DNA of 64,000 nt from Candidatus Saccharimonadales bacterium (GTDB lineage: Bacteria; Patescibacteriota; Saccharimonadia; Saccharimonadales; UBA10212): the NCBI GenBank assembly GCA_035717985.1, contig DASTHW010000016.1, positions 65,859 through 129,858 of the forward strand, written 5' to 3'. Below are positions 9,430 through 18,596 of this stretch, one piece after another. Every line of letters begins with the position of its first letter. Position 1 is the first letter of the stretch. Made by a program: the position numbers and the translations under genes. Under the pieces are notes generated by a model that did not search any database, was not told where the DNA came from, and saw nothing but the letters and a program-made list of their open reading frames with translations.

Positions 9430-10352
9430 TAATTACTGCTTAAAACGTAATCTATCAGAGCCATCCGCACAAACAGGCCGTTGGCCGCCTGCTGAAAATA
9501 AATGGCCCGCGGGTCGCTGTCCGTTTCAGGGGTGATTTCATCAATCCTCGGTAGCGGATGCATAATCACAGCTGATTTTTTAAGGCTTTTTAGAGACTGC
9601 TTATTGATGGTAAAGCCAGCCGGAATAGAGTTAGGGTCTCTTAAATATTCTTTTTGTAGACGAGTCCAGTAAACTACGTCGGCGCCGGCTAGGGCACTAG
9701 GCACATCGGTCGTCTCGCTATAGCTGGTTCCCTTTTGGTCTAAATATTTTTTGATGTCGGCTGTCACTTTAAGTTCTGGTATAGACACAAAAGTTATCCT
9801 GTTATTCGGGTAAAGCGCCAGGATTTTTGATAGCGAGCGCACCGTCCGGCCAAAGCGTAAATCACCGCCAAAAGTTATATCTAGATTATCAAGCCGACCG
9901 TGAGCTTTATATATAGTGTAAGCATCCAACAGCGACTGAGAGGGGTGCTCGCCCATGCCATCGCCGGCGTTAATTATCGGCGTCTTGCAGACGGCCGCCG
10001 CCCGGGCGGCGGCACCAGCCTCGTAATGACGCATAACAATAACATCGTATTTATAGCCGTCGAGTATTTTAAAGGTATCATCTATGGTTTCGCCTTTGGC
10101 GGAGCTGGAGTGCTCGCGGGCGTTCTCGGTACTAATAACGCCCATACCTAGTCTGACGGCGGCCGTCTCGAAGCTAAGACGAGTGCGCGTTGATGGCTGG
10201 AAAAAGATGCTGGCCAGCTGATGGTAGGCATAGAGCTGGGCTGTTTTTTTGCGCCCAGCCTTATAATCCGCCTGGGACTTAAAATAATCGGCCCGCTCAA
10301 AAATTTTTTCTAATTGCTTTTTGTCAATTTGACTGGCCGATATCAAATGCAT
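9429..10352 (-). CDS. pyrB: Aspartate carbamoyltransferase catalytic subunit
   Basis: STRTRLSFE, HPSQ and HPLPR motifs. I moved the start to ATG 10352 (MHLISASQIDK), preceded by GGGAG. The track's longer ORF would overlap the NYN gene. Confidence 0.95.
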   Translation of the reverse strand: MHLISASQIDKKQLEKIFERADYFKSQADYKAGRKKTAQLYAYHQLASIFFQPSTRTRLSFETAAVRLGMGVISTENAREHSSSAKGETIDDTFKILDGYKYDVIVMRHYEAGAAARAAAVCKTPIINAGDGMGEHPSQSLLDAYTIYKAHGRLDNLDITFGGDLRFGRTVRSLSKILALYPNNRITFVSIPELKVTADIKKYLDQKGTSYSETTDVPSALAGADVVYWTRLQKEYLRDPNSIPAGFTINKQSLKSLKKSAVIMHPLPRIDEITPETDSDPRAIYFQQAANGLFVRMALIDYVLSSN

Positions 10353-10362
10353 TGCTCGCTCC

Positions 10363-11013
10363 CTACTTTTTGTCGTCAGGTTTTCTGAATCGTTTATAAT
10401 AGGCCAGCTGGCGACGCTTTTGATCGAGGCGGATAATATATTTATCAAACTGCCTCAGCAAAGTTGAATACTGGCGATTAGGCACCAGCAGGTGGGCCAG
10501 CTTATTTTTATCGATCAAATACTCGATTAAGCCGTAAAAGTCACCGTCGCCCGAAATAATGACAGCCTTAGAATACCTAGGCATTTCTTTAACCGCCCAG
10601 AGCACCAGCTCTACATCAACATTACCCTTCACTGTCCGCTGGGCGGCGGCTGAGTGGCCGTTTTCCGGATCTGCCGATGTTGGCACTAGCGACTCGGCGG
10701 CCCGTTCACCAAAAGTCTTAAAAGGTTCGTGTCCGTTACTGCTAGCATTCTCGGCCGGCTCCGGCGCCGGCACCTTAAACATCTCTAGCGTCGGCTTTAG
10801 AACCACCAGATAGCCGGCGTCATGCATCTGGTTATACAAATCCTCGTTTTCCGGCATATAGCCGATAAACATGTAGGCCTTTTCTACTCCCAGCTCTTTA
10901 CGCAGGTAAGATCGGAATTTGCGCCAATCCATCTTCCAGCCCAGCTTCTGGATGCCCAGATTCAAGTTTTGATTGTCTATAAAAGCGTAGTTATGCTTTG
11001 ATTTTTGATTCAT
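10363..11013 (-). CDS. NYN/LabA-like domain protein with a ~50-aa low-complexity insertion
   Basis: N-terminal AFIDNQNLNL and C-terminal KGNVDVELVLWA...VIISGDGDFYGLIEYL match NYN (PIN-like) motifs. They are separated by the insert PAPEPAENASSNGHEP...ENGHSAAAQ. Confidence 0.7.
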   Translation of the reverse strand: MNQKSKHNYAFIDNQNLNLGIQKLGWKMDWRKFRSYLRKELGVEKAYMFIGYMPENEDLYNQMHDAGYLVVLKPTLEMFKVPAPEPAENASSNGHEPFKTFGERAAESLVPTSADPENGHSAAAQRTVKGNVDVELVLWAVKEMPRYSKAVIISGDGDFYGLIEYLIDKNKLAHLLVPNRQYSTLLRQFDKYIIRLDQKRRQLAYYKRFRKPDDKK

Positions 11014-11116
11014 AAAATATTTAAAATTGTAAAAAGTGCGTTTTTGCCCGCCGGCCTGCCACTCTAGACTATTGTATCAGTGTTTTTATGTTTTTATTAC
11101 GTCAAACCAGCTTGCT

Positions 11117-11557
11117 TTAGTCCACTGCGTTAGAGCTATCTAGGATATTGTGCTTGCTGGTAAAGCGTAAGTAGTAGCCAAACGGATCGGCTGTCCGAAA
11201 GTCTTGACTGCCCCAAGGCCGCAGAACCAGCGGCTCCACCACGTTAGCAAAATATTTCATTTTTTTATAATAGGCTTCGACATCTTCTACCATGATTACC
11301 AGCTCCACGCCGTAACCCCGAGGAGTGTCTTTAGGAAACCTTTTAAAATATGTTTGTTCGTAAACATGGCCGGTGCCGGGCCAGAAGCAAATGATGGTTT
11401 TGTCCATTTCCATAACAAGATATCCCTTATCTGCTTCATATGGCCGCTCCCATACAACTTTAAAACCAAGCTTTCCATAATAATCTTTTACCGGGCCAAA
11501 GTCCGGCACGTGTAGTTCTAACTGCAGATGGTTGTTAGCTGGGGATTTATCTCTCAT
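11117..11557 (-). CDS. VOC (glyoxalase/bleomycin-resistance) family protein
   Basis: The size and the LELHVPDFGPVKDYYGKLGFKVVWE beta-alpha-beta-beta-beta module are typical of the VOC fold. Confidence 0.6.
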   Translation of the reverse strand: MRDKSPANNHLQLELHVPDFGPVKDYYGKLGFKVVWERPYEADKGYLVMEMDKTIICFWPGTGHVYEQTYFKRFPKDTPRGYGVELVIMVEDVEAYYKKMKYFANVVEPLVLRPWGSQDFRTADPFGYYLRFTSKHNILDSSNAVD

Positions 11558-11586
11558 TTTGTTTTAGTGTTTCGAGCTTGATATTA

Positions 11587-12009
11587 CTATAAATCTTTCC
11601 AAAAAGCTGTAAAGTCATGGCCTTTATTCATACCCAGTTTCTGCCAACGCTCATTTAATTTTTGATTGCCTGCTGGACTGTAGACTAGGACCTGGCTATG
11701 GCCGCGCTGTTTAAAAATGGCGGCCGCTTTCCGATATAACGCCTCGGCTACTAGCTGGTCGTTGTCTTTGACAGCAAAGCGGAAAAGCCAGGCCACCCGG
11801 CCGTCTTCAATTAATGAAACGCTGGCTAGCAGACGGCCGTCTTTTTCATATAACCAAATGCTCTCGGGGTCTTGGGCAATTTTATCCGCCAGCCTCTGCC
11901 GGCCGTCCCGCGCCTTATCAAACTGGCCGCCGTACCACTCGCTGTGCTCATAAAGCTGTTTGAGATTTTCGTAGTCGGCGTCTTTATAAGGTCTAATTTG
12001 GCCGTTCAT
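11587..12009 (-). CDS. GNAT family N-acetyltransferase
   Basis: 140 aa with an acetyl-CoA-binding-like segment (FAVKDNDQLVAEALYRKAAAIFKQRGHSQVLVY). Its start overlaps the upstream stop by 1 nt. Confidence 0.6.
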   Translation of the reverse strand: MNGQIRPYKDADYENLKQLYEHSEWYGGQFDKARDGRQRLADKIAQDPESIWLYEKDGRLLASVSLIEDGRVAWLFRFAVKDNDQLVAEALYRKAAAIFKQRGHSQVLVYSPAGNQKLNERWQKLGMNKGHDFTAFWKDL

Positions 12010-12422
12010 TAAAATTTAAACTCCTCAATTTGCCAGGGTCTCTTACTGACGTCTGAATATCTAAGCCAACTGGGCTTGATGGCAAAGTAGGCAATCTCTG
12101 GCCGGTCTGCCCACTTTTTAGCCCGCGGGTTTTTAGTGAAATAAGCCTGCTTAGCCCGCTCTAGCTCGGCACCAGACAGCTCTGTGGCCATGCCGTCCAG
12201 CTGGAGAGTTTTATCCTCATCCCAGCCAATGACTACTGCTGTTTTAGGGTTGGCCCGCCAGTTTTGATACTTCCTAGACGTCTTTAAGGTATCAATGATG
12301 ACTGTTAGGTCGTCCAGCTGGCCAAATTCCACTACGGCGGCCTGCGGTTTGTCGCCGTCTACTGTAGCTACAACCGCCAAGTTGTGCGATTTTAAAAACT
12401 CTAAAATATCACCTTTTGTCAT
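12009..12422 (-). CDS. Pyridoxamine 5'-phosphate oxidase-like FMN-binding protein
   Basis: Split-barrel pattern: LAVVATVDGDKPQAAVVEF...TAVVIGWDE. Confidence 0.6.
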   Translation of the reverse strand: MTKGDILEFLKSHNLAVVATVDGDKPQAAVVEFGQLDDLTVIIDTLKTSRKYQNWRANPKTAVVIGWDEDKTLQLDGMATELSGAELERAKQAYFTKNPRAKKWADRPEIAYFAIKPSWLRYSDVSKRPWQIEEFKF

Positions 12423-12489
12423 TATTTTTATTTTAGCCTGTTTTGCTAATTGTTAGCGAGCATGTCTGGGACTTCGGCTTGTCGGCACT

Positions 12490-13089
12490 TCACAATACTT
12501 CAGCTTTTCTAGTCAACTTTAGACCGGCTTTATATTGAATCAAGGCCACAAAGATAACATTCACTAGAAATATATAGATAGGAAAACCGTAGTGGGCCAC
12601 TGTCCAGTTCTTGATTGCCAGCAGTGTTATTCCGGCGTTGATGATGGCTACCCAGTAGGCCTCTACGCTCTCGGTCTCTGGGTGTCTAAACGATTTTATA
12701 AGTGTAGGTGCACCAGCCGCTAGATCGGCCGCTATGTTTAGGATAATGGCAATGTTGCCGTCACTATAAACCAGCCAAAGTACTAAGCCTAAGATTGATA
12801 AAAATCCGCAAATATAGTCCGTCCTGCGCAGGCGCCAGTAGGACTTTTTATTGACAAAAGAAACAGCTAAAACCATAAGCGGGCCTAAGCCCACCGACAA
12901 GGTCATTAAAGACACAAGCCCAACACCTTTGTTGATTTCGGCCGCAAAGGCTACCGCCGGGGCCAAAAACCACAAAAACCAAGTAACCCGGTTAGGCTTG
13001 GCTTTACCCGAAAGGGTATCTTTAGCATAAACAAAACAACCCCATAGCTGGATAATTGCGCCAATAATTACAAACTTATCACTAATCAT
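12490..13089 (-). CDS. Integral membrane protein (about 6 TM), unknown function
   Basis: Uniformly hydrophobic 199-aa ORF. It overlaps the upstream gene end by 8 nt. Confidence 0.6.
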   Translation of the reverse strand: MISDKFVIIGAIIQLWGCFVYAKDTLSGKAKPNRVTWFLWFLAPAVAFAAEINKGVGLVSLMTLSVGLGPLMVLAVSFVNKKSYWRLRRTDYICGFLSILGLVLWLVYSDGNIAIILNIAADLAAGAPTLIKSFRHPETESVEAYWVAIINAGITLLAIKNWTVAHYGFPIYIFLVNVIFVALIQYKAGLKLTRKAEVL

Positions 13090-13777
13090 TGGGGTCCAGG
13101 CACAGCCATTCGCCCTCTGTAACTACTTCTACATTGCCGTCAACAATTTTTAGTGCTGACATGTCATCAAGGGCATAAACTGGATATCTTAAGCCCAGCC
13201 CCCTTACTTTTTCCTCAAGAATGTCTTTTCTGACCATAGAGAAATATCTTGAGTTTAAGTGCGGCCGGAAAATTAAATCAACTAACTTTAGGGCCTGGCC
13301 GGCTGACTGGCCTTTGGGGCCCAGCTCATCATAATAATCATCCTTGAAAGCCCGATCATTATTAAGTGCTTGTGAGGACAAAACTAGGCTTTGGCCGGCC
13401 ACCATGCTTCCGGCGCTGATGCCGGCATAGACCGTGGTATTTAAAAGCTCGGATAAAATATCAAAAAGACCTGCCTTCTGCATCCAGTAACTAAGATAAA
13501 ATGTATTGCCGCCGCCAACAAAAACAGCATCAACTGCCTGTAAAACTCTGATTTCTTCCGGCTTTAGAGCGGTTAACTCAACAACGTCCACCTCGTAACC
13601 GCGGTCTAAAATTCTCTTCATGTCATTTATCAGCCAATCTTTGTTCCCGCGCTCTGGGTTAGCGGCTGTGGGAATAAAAGCTACTTTTGAGTCTTTAGGC
13701 TCTTTGCCAATAAGCTCCGCAAAAGCCTGAGCAATCGAATCGTTTGAAAGCCCATTAGAAGTAAGCAGAAGTTTCAT
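13082..13777 (-). CDS. Peptidase S51 (dipeptidase E-like) family protein
   Basis: VFVGGGNTFYL and the YAGISAGSMV nucleophile-elbow motif are typical of S51 / class-I GATase-like peptidase E. Confidence 0.6.
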   Translation of the reverse strand: MKLLLTSNGLSNDSIAQAFAELIGKEPKDSKVAFIPTAANPERGNKDWLINDMKRILDRGYEVDVVELTALKPEEIRVLQAVDAVFVGGGNTFYLSYWMQKAGLFDILSELLNTTVYAGISAGSMVAGQSLVLSSQALNNDRAFKDDYYDELGPKGQSAGQALKLVDLIFRPHLNSRYFSMVRKDILEEKVRGLGLRYPVYALDDMSALKIVDGNVEVVTEGEWLCLDPND

Positions 13778-13783
13778 AAAAAT

Positions 13784-14527
13784 TTAGCCGTTCAGGAAAA
13801 AGCCGCCGTTAACACTAACCACCTCGCCGGTCATGGCCTCGTTATTGATTATCGCCATAACCATTTGAGCGATTTCATCTGGCTGGATGAATCGCCCGAT
13901 TTTATTGGGTCTTTTCATTTCATCTTGTTCCGCCGGGCTCATCTTTTCGTAGGGTAAAGTAAAAGTCCTGCCGGGAGAAACGGAGTTTACTAGAATTTTA
14001 GGGGCGACTTGTTTTGCTAAGGTCTGCGTAAAGCTGATAACAGCCGCTTTCGAAGCAGAATACGCAATTATGCCCGGCCGGCCTCCCCGTAGTTCGCCTA
14101 GCACAGAGCTAATATTAATAATTTTTCCGATCCCCTTTTGCATATTCATAATTTTTACCACTTCTTGAGCGCATAAAACTGTAGAGAAAAAATTAGCGTC
14201 AAAATTCTTAAGCCAATAATCATAGGTGGTATCCGGTACAGACCGCTCGCCGATAACTCCGCCGGCTACATTAACCAAAACATCTAGCCGGCCGAGCTCA
14301 GATTTGATTTTAGAAAAAATGTCAGCAACTAGCTTTTCATCGGCTAGATTACCGTTAAAGCACAAAGCCTTGCGGCCGGTTTCATTGACCTCGTTAATAG
14401 TCTTTTCAAATTCTTCTTTATTTTGGTAATAGCTAAGTGCCAGATCGTACCCTTCTTGAGCCATCGCTATAGCCACTGCTCTGCCAATGCCACTGGAGGC
14501 ACCAGTCACAAAGGCCGTCTTACTCAT
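13784..14527 (-). CDS. Short-chain dehydrogenase/reductase (SDR)
   Basis: TGASSGIGRAVA cofactor motif and YSASKAAV catalytic motif. I moved the start to ATG 14527 (MSKTAFVTGASSGIG). It overlaps the upstream stop (ATGAGTAA). Confidence 0.85.
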   Translation of the reverse strand: MSKTAFVTGASSGIGRAVAIAMAQEGYDLALSYYQNKEEFEKTINEVNETGRKALCFNGNLADEKLVADIFSKIKSELGRLDVLVNVAGGVIGERSVPDTTYDYWLKNFDANFFSTVLCAQEVVKIMNMQKGIGKIINISSVLGELRGGRPGIIAYSASKAAVISFTQTLAKQVAPKILVNSVSPGRTFTLPYEKMSPAEQDEMKRPNKIGRFIQPDEIAQMVMAIINNEAMTGEVVSVNGGFFLNG

Positions 14528-14987
14528 TTTTACCTGGCTTCCATTCCTGGCGGGTTTCGTCGGGAAAATTAATAGGGTCAAACAATACAAAAAGATTTGG
14601 CTTAAGCCTGTAGAATTTATGCGGCTTATCAGGGTTAGCCATTAAGCCATCGATTGTTTTAGCGTCAAAAATCCGGCCTTCGTAAACCGAGCGGGCCGCG
14701 GCTATATCTTCTTGGTCATTCAATTGTTCAGCTACGCCCTGAATCTGCAAGCCCACACCAGTTTCACCTGCCGGATCGTGCTGAGTGACGATGGCCGCCG
14801 CTACATTTGGATTTTTAGCTACCTCTTGACTATGGCGGCGAGTGGTCGAGCTAAACCAGTAAATATTAAGGCTGTCATCGGCCGCAAACCACACATTGCA
14901 GACCCAAGGCTGATTATCGGCTGAGGTCGCCAATTGTAGCATCTTGGCTTCAGCTAGATATTTTTTGATTAAATCGCTAATTTCCAT
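14520..14987 (-). CDS. Pyridoxamine 5'-phosphate oxidase-like / general-stress-protein-26-like FMN-binding protein
   Basis: MLQLATSADNQPWVCNVWFA...NVAAAIV split-barrel pattern. It is a paralog-like counterpart of 12009..12422. Confidence 0.6.
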   Translation of the reverse strand: MEISDLIKKYLAEAKMLQLATSADNQPWVCNVWFAADDSLNIYWFSSTTRRHSQEVAKNPNVAAAIVTQHDPAGETGVGLQIQGVAEQLNDQEDIAAARSVYEGRIFDAKTIDGLMANPDKPHKFYRLKPNLFVLFDPINFPDETRQEWKPGKNE

Positions 14988-14988
14988 C

Positions 14989-16350
14989 TTATTTTAAGCG
15001 GGCCGGTAGGTCGGATTTTTTAACTCTTGTCTGCTCGGTGGTGTCGCGATTGCGGACGGTGACGGTGTCGTCTTCCAGAGTTTGAAAATCAATGGTTACG
15101 CATTGCGGGGTGCCGATTTCATCTTGGCGGCGGTAGCGCTTGCCTATGTTGCCGTTGTCGTCCCACATCACCTCGCCGCTTTCCTGCTTTTGCAAAGATT
15201 TATAAACTTCGCGGGCTTTAGCTACCAATTCCGGTTTGTTTTTAAGTAGCGGAAAGACAGCCACCTTAACCGGCGCCAGGTGAGCTGGCAGTTTTAGAAA
15301 GACCCGTTCCTCCCCTCCCTGCTCGTCCTTACTGTAGGCGTTAGAAAGTACCGCCATGATATGCCTATCTAGCCCAAAAGTCGGCTCGATAACATGCGGG
15401 GTAAATGGCTTGCTACCATCTTTGGGCCGGTACTCCAGGTTTTTGCCGGACTTTTCTTGATGATTTTTCAGGTCAAAGTCGGTCCGGTAGGCTAGCCCTC
15501 CAATCTCGTCAAAGCCAAGGCTTGGAAAATCAAAATAAAAATCGACCGTGCGTTTTGAGTAGTGCGCCCTATCCTGCTCCGGCACCTCATGAACTTTAAT
15601 CTTAGCCTCATCTAGTCCCAGCTTTTTAAACCAGCTGAGCATATCTTTTTGCCATTTTTCAAAGTACTTTTCCCAATCTTCCGGCCGAATAAACCACTCA
15701 AACTCCATAATCTCAAGCTCCCGAACACGAAAAATAAAGTCCCGCGGGCTAATCTCGTTACGGAAAGATTTACCAACCTGGGCGATGCCAAACGGAATAT
15801 CCGGATAAAAACTATCAACTACGTTTTTAAAATTAGTAAACATGCCTTGAGCGGTCTCACCGCGTAGGTAAGTGTATGATTCATCGTCCTCAACCGCGCC
15901 GACTGACGTTTTAAACAGCATATTAAACTGCGCCGGGTTACCCAGTTCATTGCCGTCGGGGCTTTTAATATTTTTATCTTTGAGGGTTTGGACCATTTGC
16001 TCAAAGCTGAGCTTATCTACGTCTTCGACGCCATTTTCTGCCAGCAGGTGGTCCAGACGGTAGCGTTTTTTAGTCTTTATATCTTCGATTAGCGGATCGT
16101 TGAATGTCTCGGTGTGCCCAGAGGCCTGCCAGACTTTAGGATTCATTAAGATAGCGGAGTCTATCTGGTACATGTCTTCCCAGCCGTCCACAAAAAACTT
16201 TAACCACTCTTTAACGATATTGCGCTTGAGCAGTGTACCTAGCGGGCCGTAGTCCCAAGTGCCGGCTAGACCGCCGTAAATATCACTGCCCTGATAGATA
16301 AACCCCCGGCGTTTACATAGGCTAACAACGTCCTCTAAAGAAGTGCTCAT
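14989..16350 (-). CDS. glyQS: Glycine--tRNA ligase (homodimeric class II type)
   Basis: 453 aa beginning MSTSLEDVVSLCKRRGFIYQGSDIYGGLAGTWDYGPLG. Class II motifs are present (FRNEISPR, GLDR), followed by an anticodon-binding domain. Confidence 0.95.
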   Translation of the reverse strand: MSTSLEDVVSLCKRRGFIYQGSDIYGGLAGTWDYGPLGTLLKRNIVKEWLKFFVDGWEDMYQIDSAILMNPKVWQASGHTETFNDPLIEDIKTKKRYRLDHLLAENGVEDVDKLSFEQMVQTLKDKNIKSPDGNELGNPAQFNMLFKTSVGAVEDDESYTYLRGETAQGMFTNFKNVVDSFYPDIPFGIAQVGKSFRNEISPRDFIFRVRELEIMEFEWFIRPEDWEKYFEKWQKDMLSWFKKLGLDEAKIKVHEVPEQDRAHYSKRTVDFYFDFPSLGFDEIGGLAYRTDFDLKNHQEKSGKNLEYRPKDGSKPFTPHVIEPTFGLDRHIMAVLSNAYSKDEQGGEERVFLKLPAHLAPVKVAVFPLLKNKPELVAKAREVYKSLQKQESGEVMWDDNGNIGKRYRRQDEIGTPQCVTIDFQTLEDDTVTVRNRDTTEQTRVKKSDLPARLK

Positions 16351-16358
16351 TGTTAACG

Positions 16359-16364
16359 ATTATA
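16359..16364 (-). promoter_or_regulatory. -10 box (TATAAT) 8 nt upstream of the glyQS ATG; candidate leaderless promoter
   Basis: The minus strand reads ggcTATAATcgttaacaATG. There is no SD and no good -35. Confidence 0.4.
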
Positions 16365-16412
16365 GCCGAAAGGTAGCAAGGGGCATAGATAGATGGTGGT
16401 CAGAGGTGTATA

Positions 16413-16826
16413 ATGGCGAAGCTTATGAGAGGTGTAGAAAATACCGGTTATACCGGCGAATTTGACGACTGGCCGAATCAGTACGAAGATTTTCGGCTGG
16501 CTCAGGCTAAATTTTATCAAAACACTGGCCGACCAGACGAGGCTTTTGCCGTCTATAACGAGGCCATTTATGAGGCCAGCAGTGATGTGCGCCTGCAAGC
16601 CAGACTGCTGTATGAGCGAGCCAAATTGTTTATAGAAAGTCAGGCTTACCGCCAAGCCATTGAAGATTTAAACGCCAGCTGGCAGAGGCTGGATAAAAGT
16701 GACCCAGAGGAAACAGAGGCCATGGCCGGCCTCTTTCAGTCGCAGTACAGCCGGGCGGCCCACGGCCTAGCTAGGCACCTAGCCAGCCAGCTAAAAATGC
16801 CCGGTGACCAGAAACTATCGGCCTAA
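16413..16826 (+). CDS. TPR-like repeat protein (hypothetical)
   Basis: GAGGTG SD 4 nt before the ATG. Helical-repeat pattern (AQAKFYQNTGRPDEAFAVYNEAI / YERAKLFIESQAYRQAIEDL). Confidence 0.45.
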   Translation: MAKLMRGVENTGYTGEFDDWPNQYEDFRLAQAKFYQNTGRPDEAFAVYNEAIYEASSDVRLQARLLYERAKLFIESQAYRQAIEDLNASWQRLDKSDPEETEAMAGLFQSQYSRAAHGLARHLASQLKMPGDQKLSA

Positions 16827-16829
16827 ATA

Positions 16830-17474
16830 TTAGATTTTATAAGCTCTAAGCTCTTCGATAACCGGCGCGGTAGATTCATCTGTAATGTCAGTCGGTTTAA
16901 TTTTACAATTTTCAAAAATTTGCGATTCTAAATCGTGGCAGGCCTGACTCAATTCTTGCCACTTCTCCGGCGATATCCATCTTTCAGGCCGGTCTTTGTA
17001 GCGGCGGCGGCCATCTTCTAGCCTTTGCTCTATAGAAACAATCCCGTGCGGCCCTACCCGCAGGTCGGCGTGGTCGCAAATTTTTGGTTCGATATCCGAG
17101 CGGCTAATATTATTAAGAGCTTGGCCGAAATCAACACTATCAATACAGTCTAAAACTTTTTGGCTAGCCCCTAACTCTTTAGCTATATCCAGGCTGGCCT
17201 GATGCTCGTCCGGGCCGTATTCATTAATGAACTCTTGCTGAACTTTCCTCCAGTAATCCACGCCTTCCGGCTCGTAAAACTCCGGAAACTGCGATAGGTC
17301 AAACTTAATGATATTGCCCATGTCGTGCAAGAGACAGGCGGTGATTACCGATGAACTATCTACCGGCACGGTCAGGTTATCGCAAATTTGTCTAGCTACA
17401 GCGGCGACCCGCAGTTGATGCTCCTGCAGGTTGGGCATAATTTTATACTGTTTATAAATTTCCTGAATCGTCAT
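16830..17474 (-). CDS. HD-domain phosphohydrolase
   Basis: H...HD signature (EHQLRVAAVA...LLHDMGN...D). Confidence 0.7.
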   Translation of the reverse strand: MTIQEIYKQYKIMPNLQEHQLRVAAVARQICDNLTVPVDSSSVITACLLHDMGNIIKFDLSQFPEFYEPEGVDYWRKVQQEFINEYGPDEHQASLDIAKELGASQKVLDCIDSVDFGQALNNISRSDIEPKICDHADLRVGPHGIVSIEQRLEDGRRRYKDRPERWISPEKWQELSQACHDLESQIFENCKIKPTDITDESTAPVIEELRAYKI

Positions 17475-17494
17475 TCAAAAATTAGAATAGCAAT

Positions 17495-18196
17495 TTAAAG
17501 GCGAACGAAGCTAGCCAGCATAGCGCCGACCAAGGGCTGGACGGGAACAGTCAGCTGGGGTGCCGCACTAACCCGCTGGATAACGTTAGGGCTAGCCGAT
17601 GAAAAACCTAGCCGCAAAAACTTAATATGGTCAGCCCCAAAGTCGCCTTGCCTCTCGGGCGAAGTCCGAAAACGCATGTGCTCAATCTCGAAATAATATT
17701 TTCTATCGACGCTCAGTTTCTTACCTGAGGCGTCAGTCTCTAAGTTGGGCATGTGGCCGGCTAGTCTAAGTAGGCGCATATCAAACCAAAGCTTGGTAAT
17801 TCCCGGTGAAATAGCAAAATCATCTAGCGCCTGCAGGGCTAATTCCAGCAGATCAAAATAAGCCGGCTCGGTGTTATCTTCAGTAGCTTTATTTAAAATC
17901 CTGATAAGCTCATAAGCCATTTGGGTGCGCTCCAAGTCTTTAACTATATTGCCGAAATGCTTGATTAGCCGGCTGGACGTCAGAGTATTAATGTCTCCCT
18001 TGCCAAGCACATAACAAATTTCGCTAACGCTAAACAGCTCTACACCGCCGGCTAGTTTGCTGGTACTTTTACGCACCGCCTTGGCGATGGTTTTAATCTT
18101 GCCGTTATCGAGAGTCAGCCAAGTTAAAATCCGGTCTGCCTCACCAAAGTCAACGCGGCTAATAATAATTCCTTTGGTCTTAACTTGGCGGGCCAT
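17495..18196 (-). CDS. recO: DNA repair protein RecO
   Basis: N-terminal OB-fold pattern (GIIISRVDFGEADRILTWLT), and the length and architecture are typical of RecO. Confidence 0.8.
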   Translation of the reverse strand: MARQVKTKGIIISRVDFGEADRILTWLTLDNGKIKTIAKAVRKSTSKLAGGVELFSVSEICYVLGKGDINTLTSSRLIKHFGNIVKDLERTQMAYELIRILNKATEDNTEPAYFDLLELALQALDDFAISPGITKLWFDMRLLRLAGHMPNLETDASGKKLSVDRKYYFEIEHMRFRTSPERQGDFGADHIKFLRLGFSSASPNVIQRVSAAPQLTVPVQPLVGAMLASFVRL

Positions 18197-18205
18197 AGCT
18201 ATATT

Positions 18206-18592
18206 TTAAACTGCCGTAGCGGCCAAACAGTCTAAAACCGAAAAACTAAGCCCGGCCAGCGTGGTAGCCGGCTTATAAAGATAGGCGCTAACTCCTAGCT
18301 GGCCCAGGCTATCAGCGCAGTCGGCCAGCTGGCCGGGAGGCACGCTGGTGTAAATAATAACCGGCAGATTTTGCCAGTCGGGGTAGCTTCTAAATTCGTA
18401 CAGAAATTCAATGCCGGAGCGGTTGGCTAGAACCAAATCCATAATGACTAAGTCCACTGGGCGCTCATCTACAGCCGTAACGGCGGCCTGGGGCTCCACC
18501 TGCCAATCTACCTCTAGCCCTTTAGCGCGTAGTGCTTTAGATACGTTTTTGGCGAGCAAATTGTCGGTTTCTAGTAGGAGTACTCTTGGCAT
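18206..18592 (-). CDS. Stand-alone response-regulator receiver domain
   Basis: I moved the start to ATG 18592 (MPRVLLLETD). It has the phospho-acceptor context DLVIMDLVL, then IIYTS and LYKP (conserved T and K). There is no output domain. Confidence 0.75.
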   Translation of the reverse strand: MPRVLLLETDNLLAKNVSKALRAKGLEVDWQVEPQAAVTAVDERPVDLVIMDLVLANRSGIEFLYEFRSYPDWQNLPVIIYTSVPPGQLADCADSLGQLGVSAYLYKPATTLAGLSFSVLDCLAATAV

Positions 18593-18596
18593 AATT

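Noticed and set aside
10353-10448. Extended pyrB start overlapping the NYN gene.
   Set aside because: ATG 10352 has a GGGAG SD and gives a canonical ATCase length. The extension would overlap the upstream gene by 86 nt.
16353-16655. 100-aa minus-strand ORF overlapping the TPR-like gene.
   Set aside because: It has no SD. It would start inside the TPR gene and run up to the glyQS start region. The plus-strand ORF has GAGGTG plus ATG.
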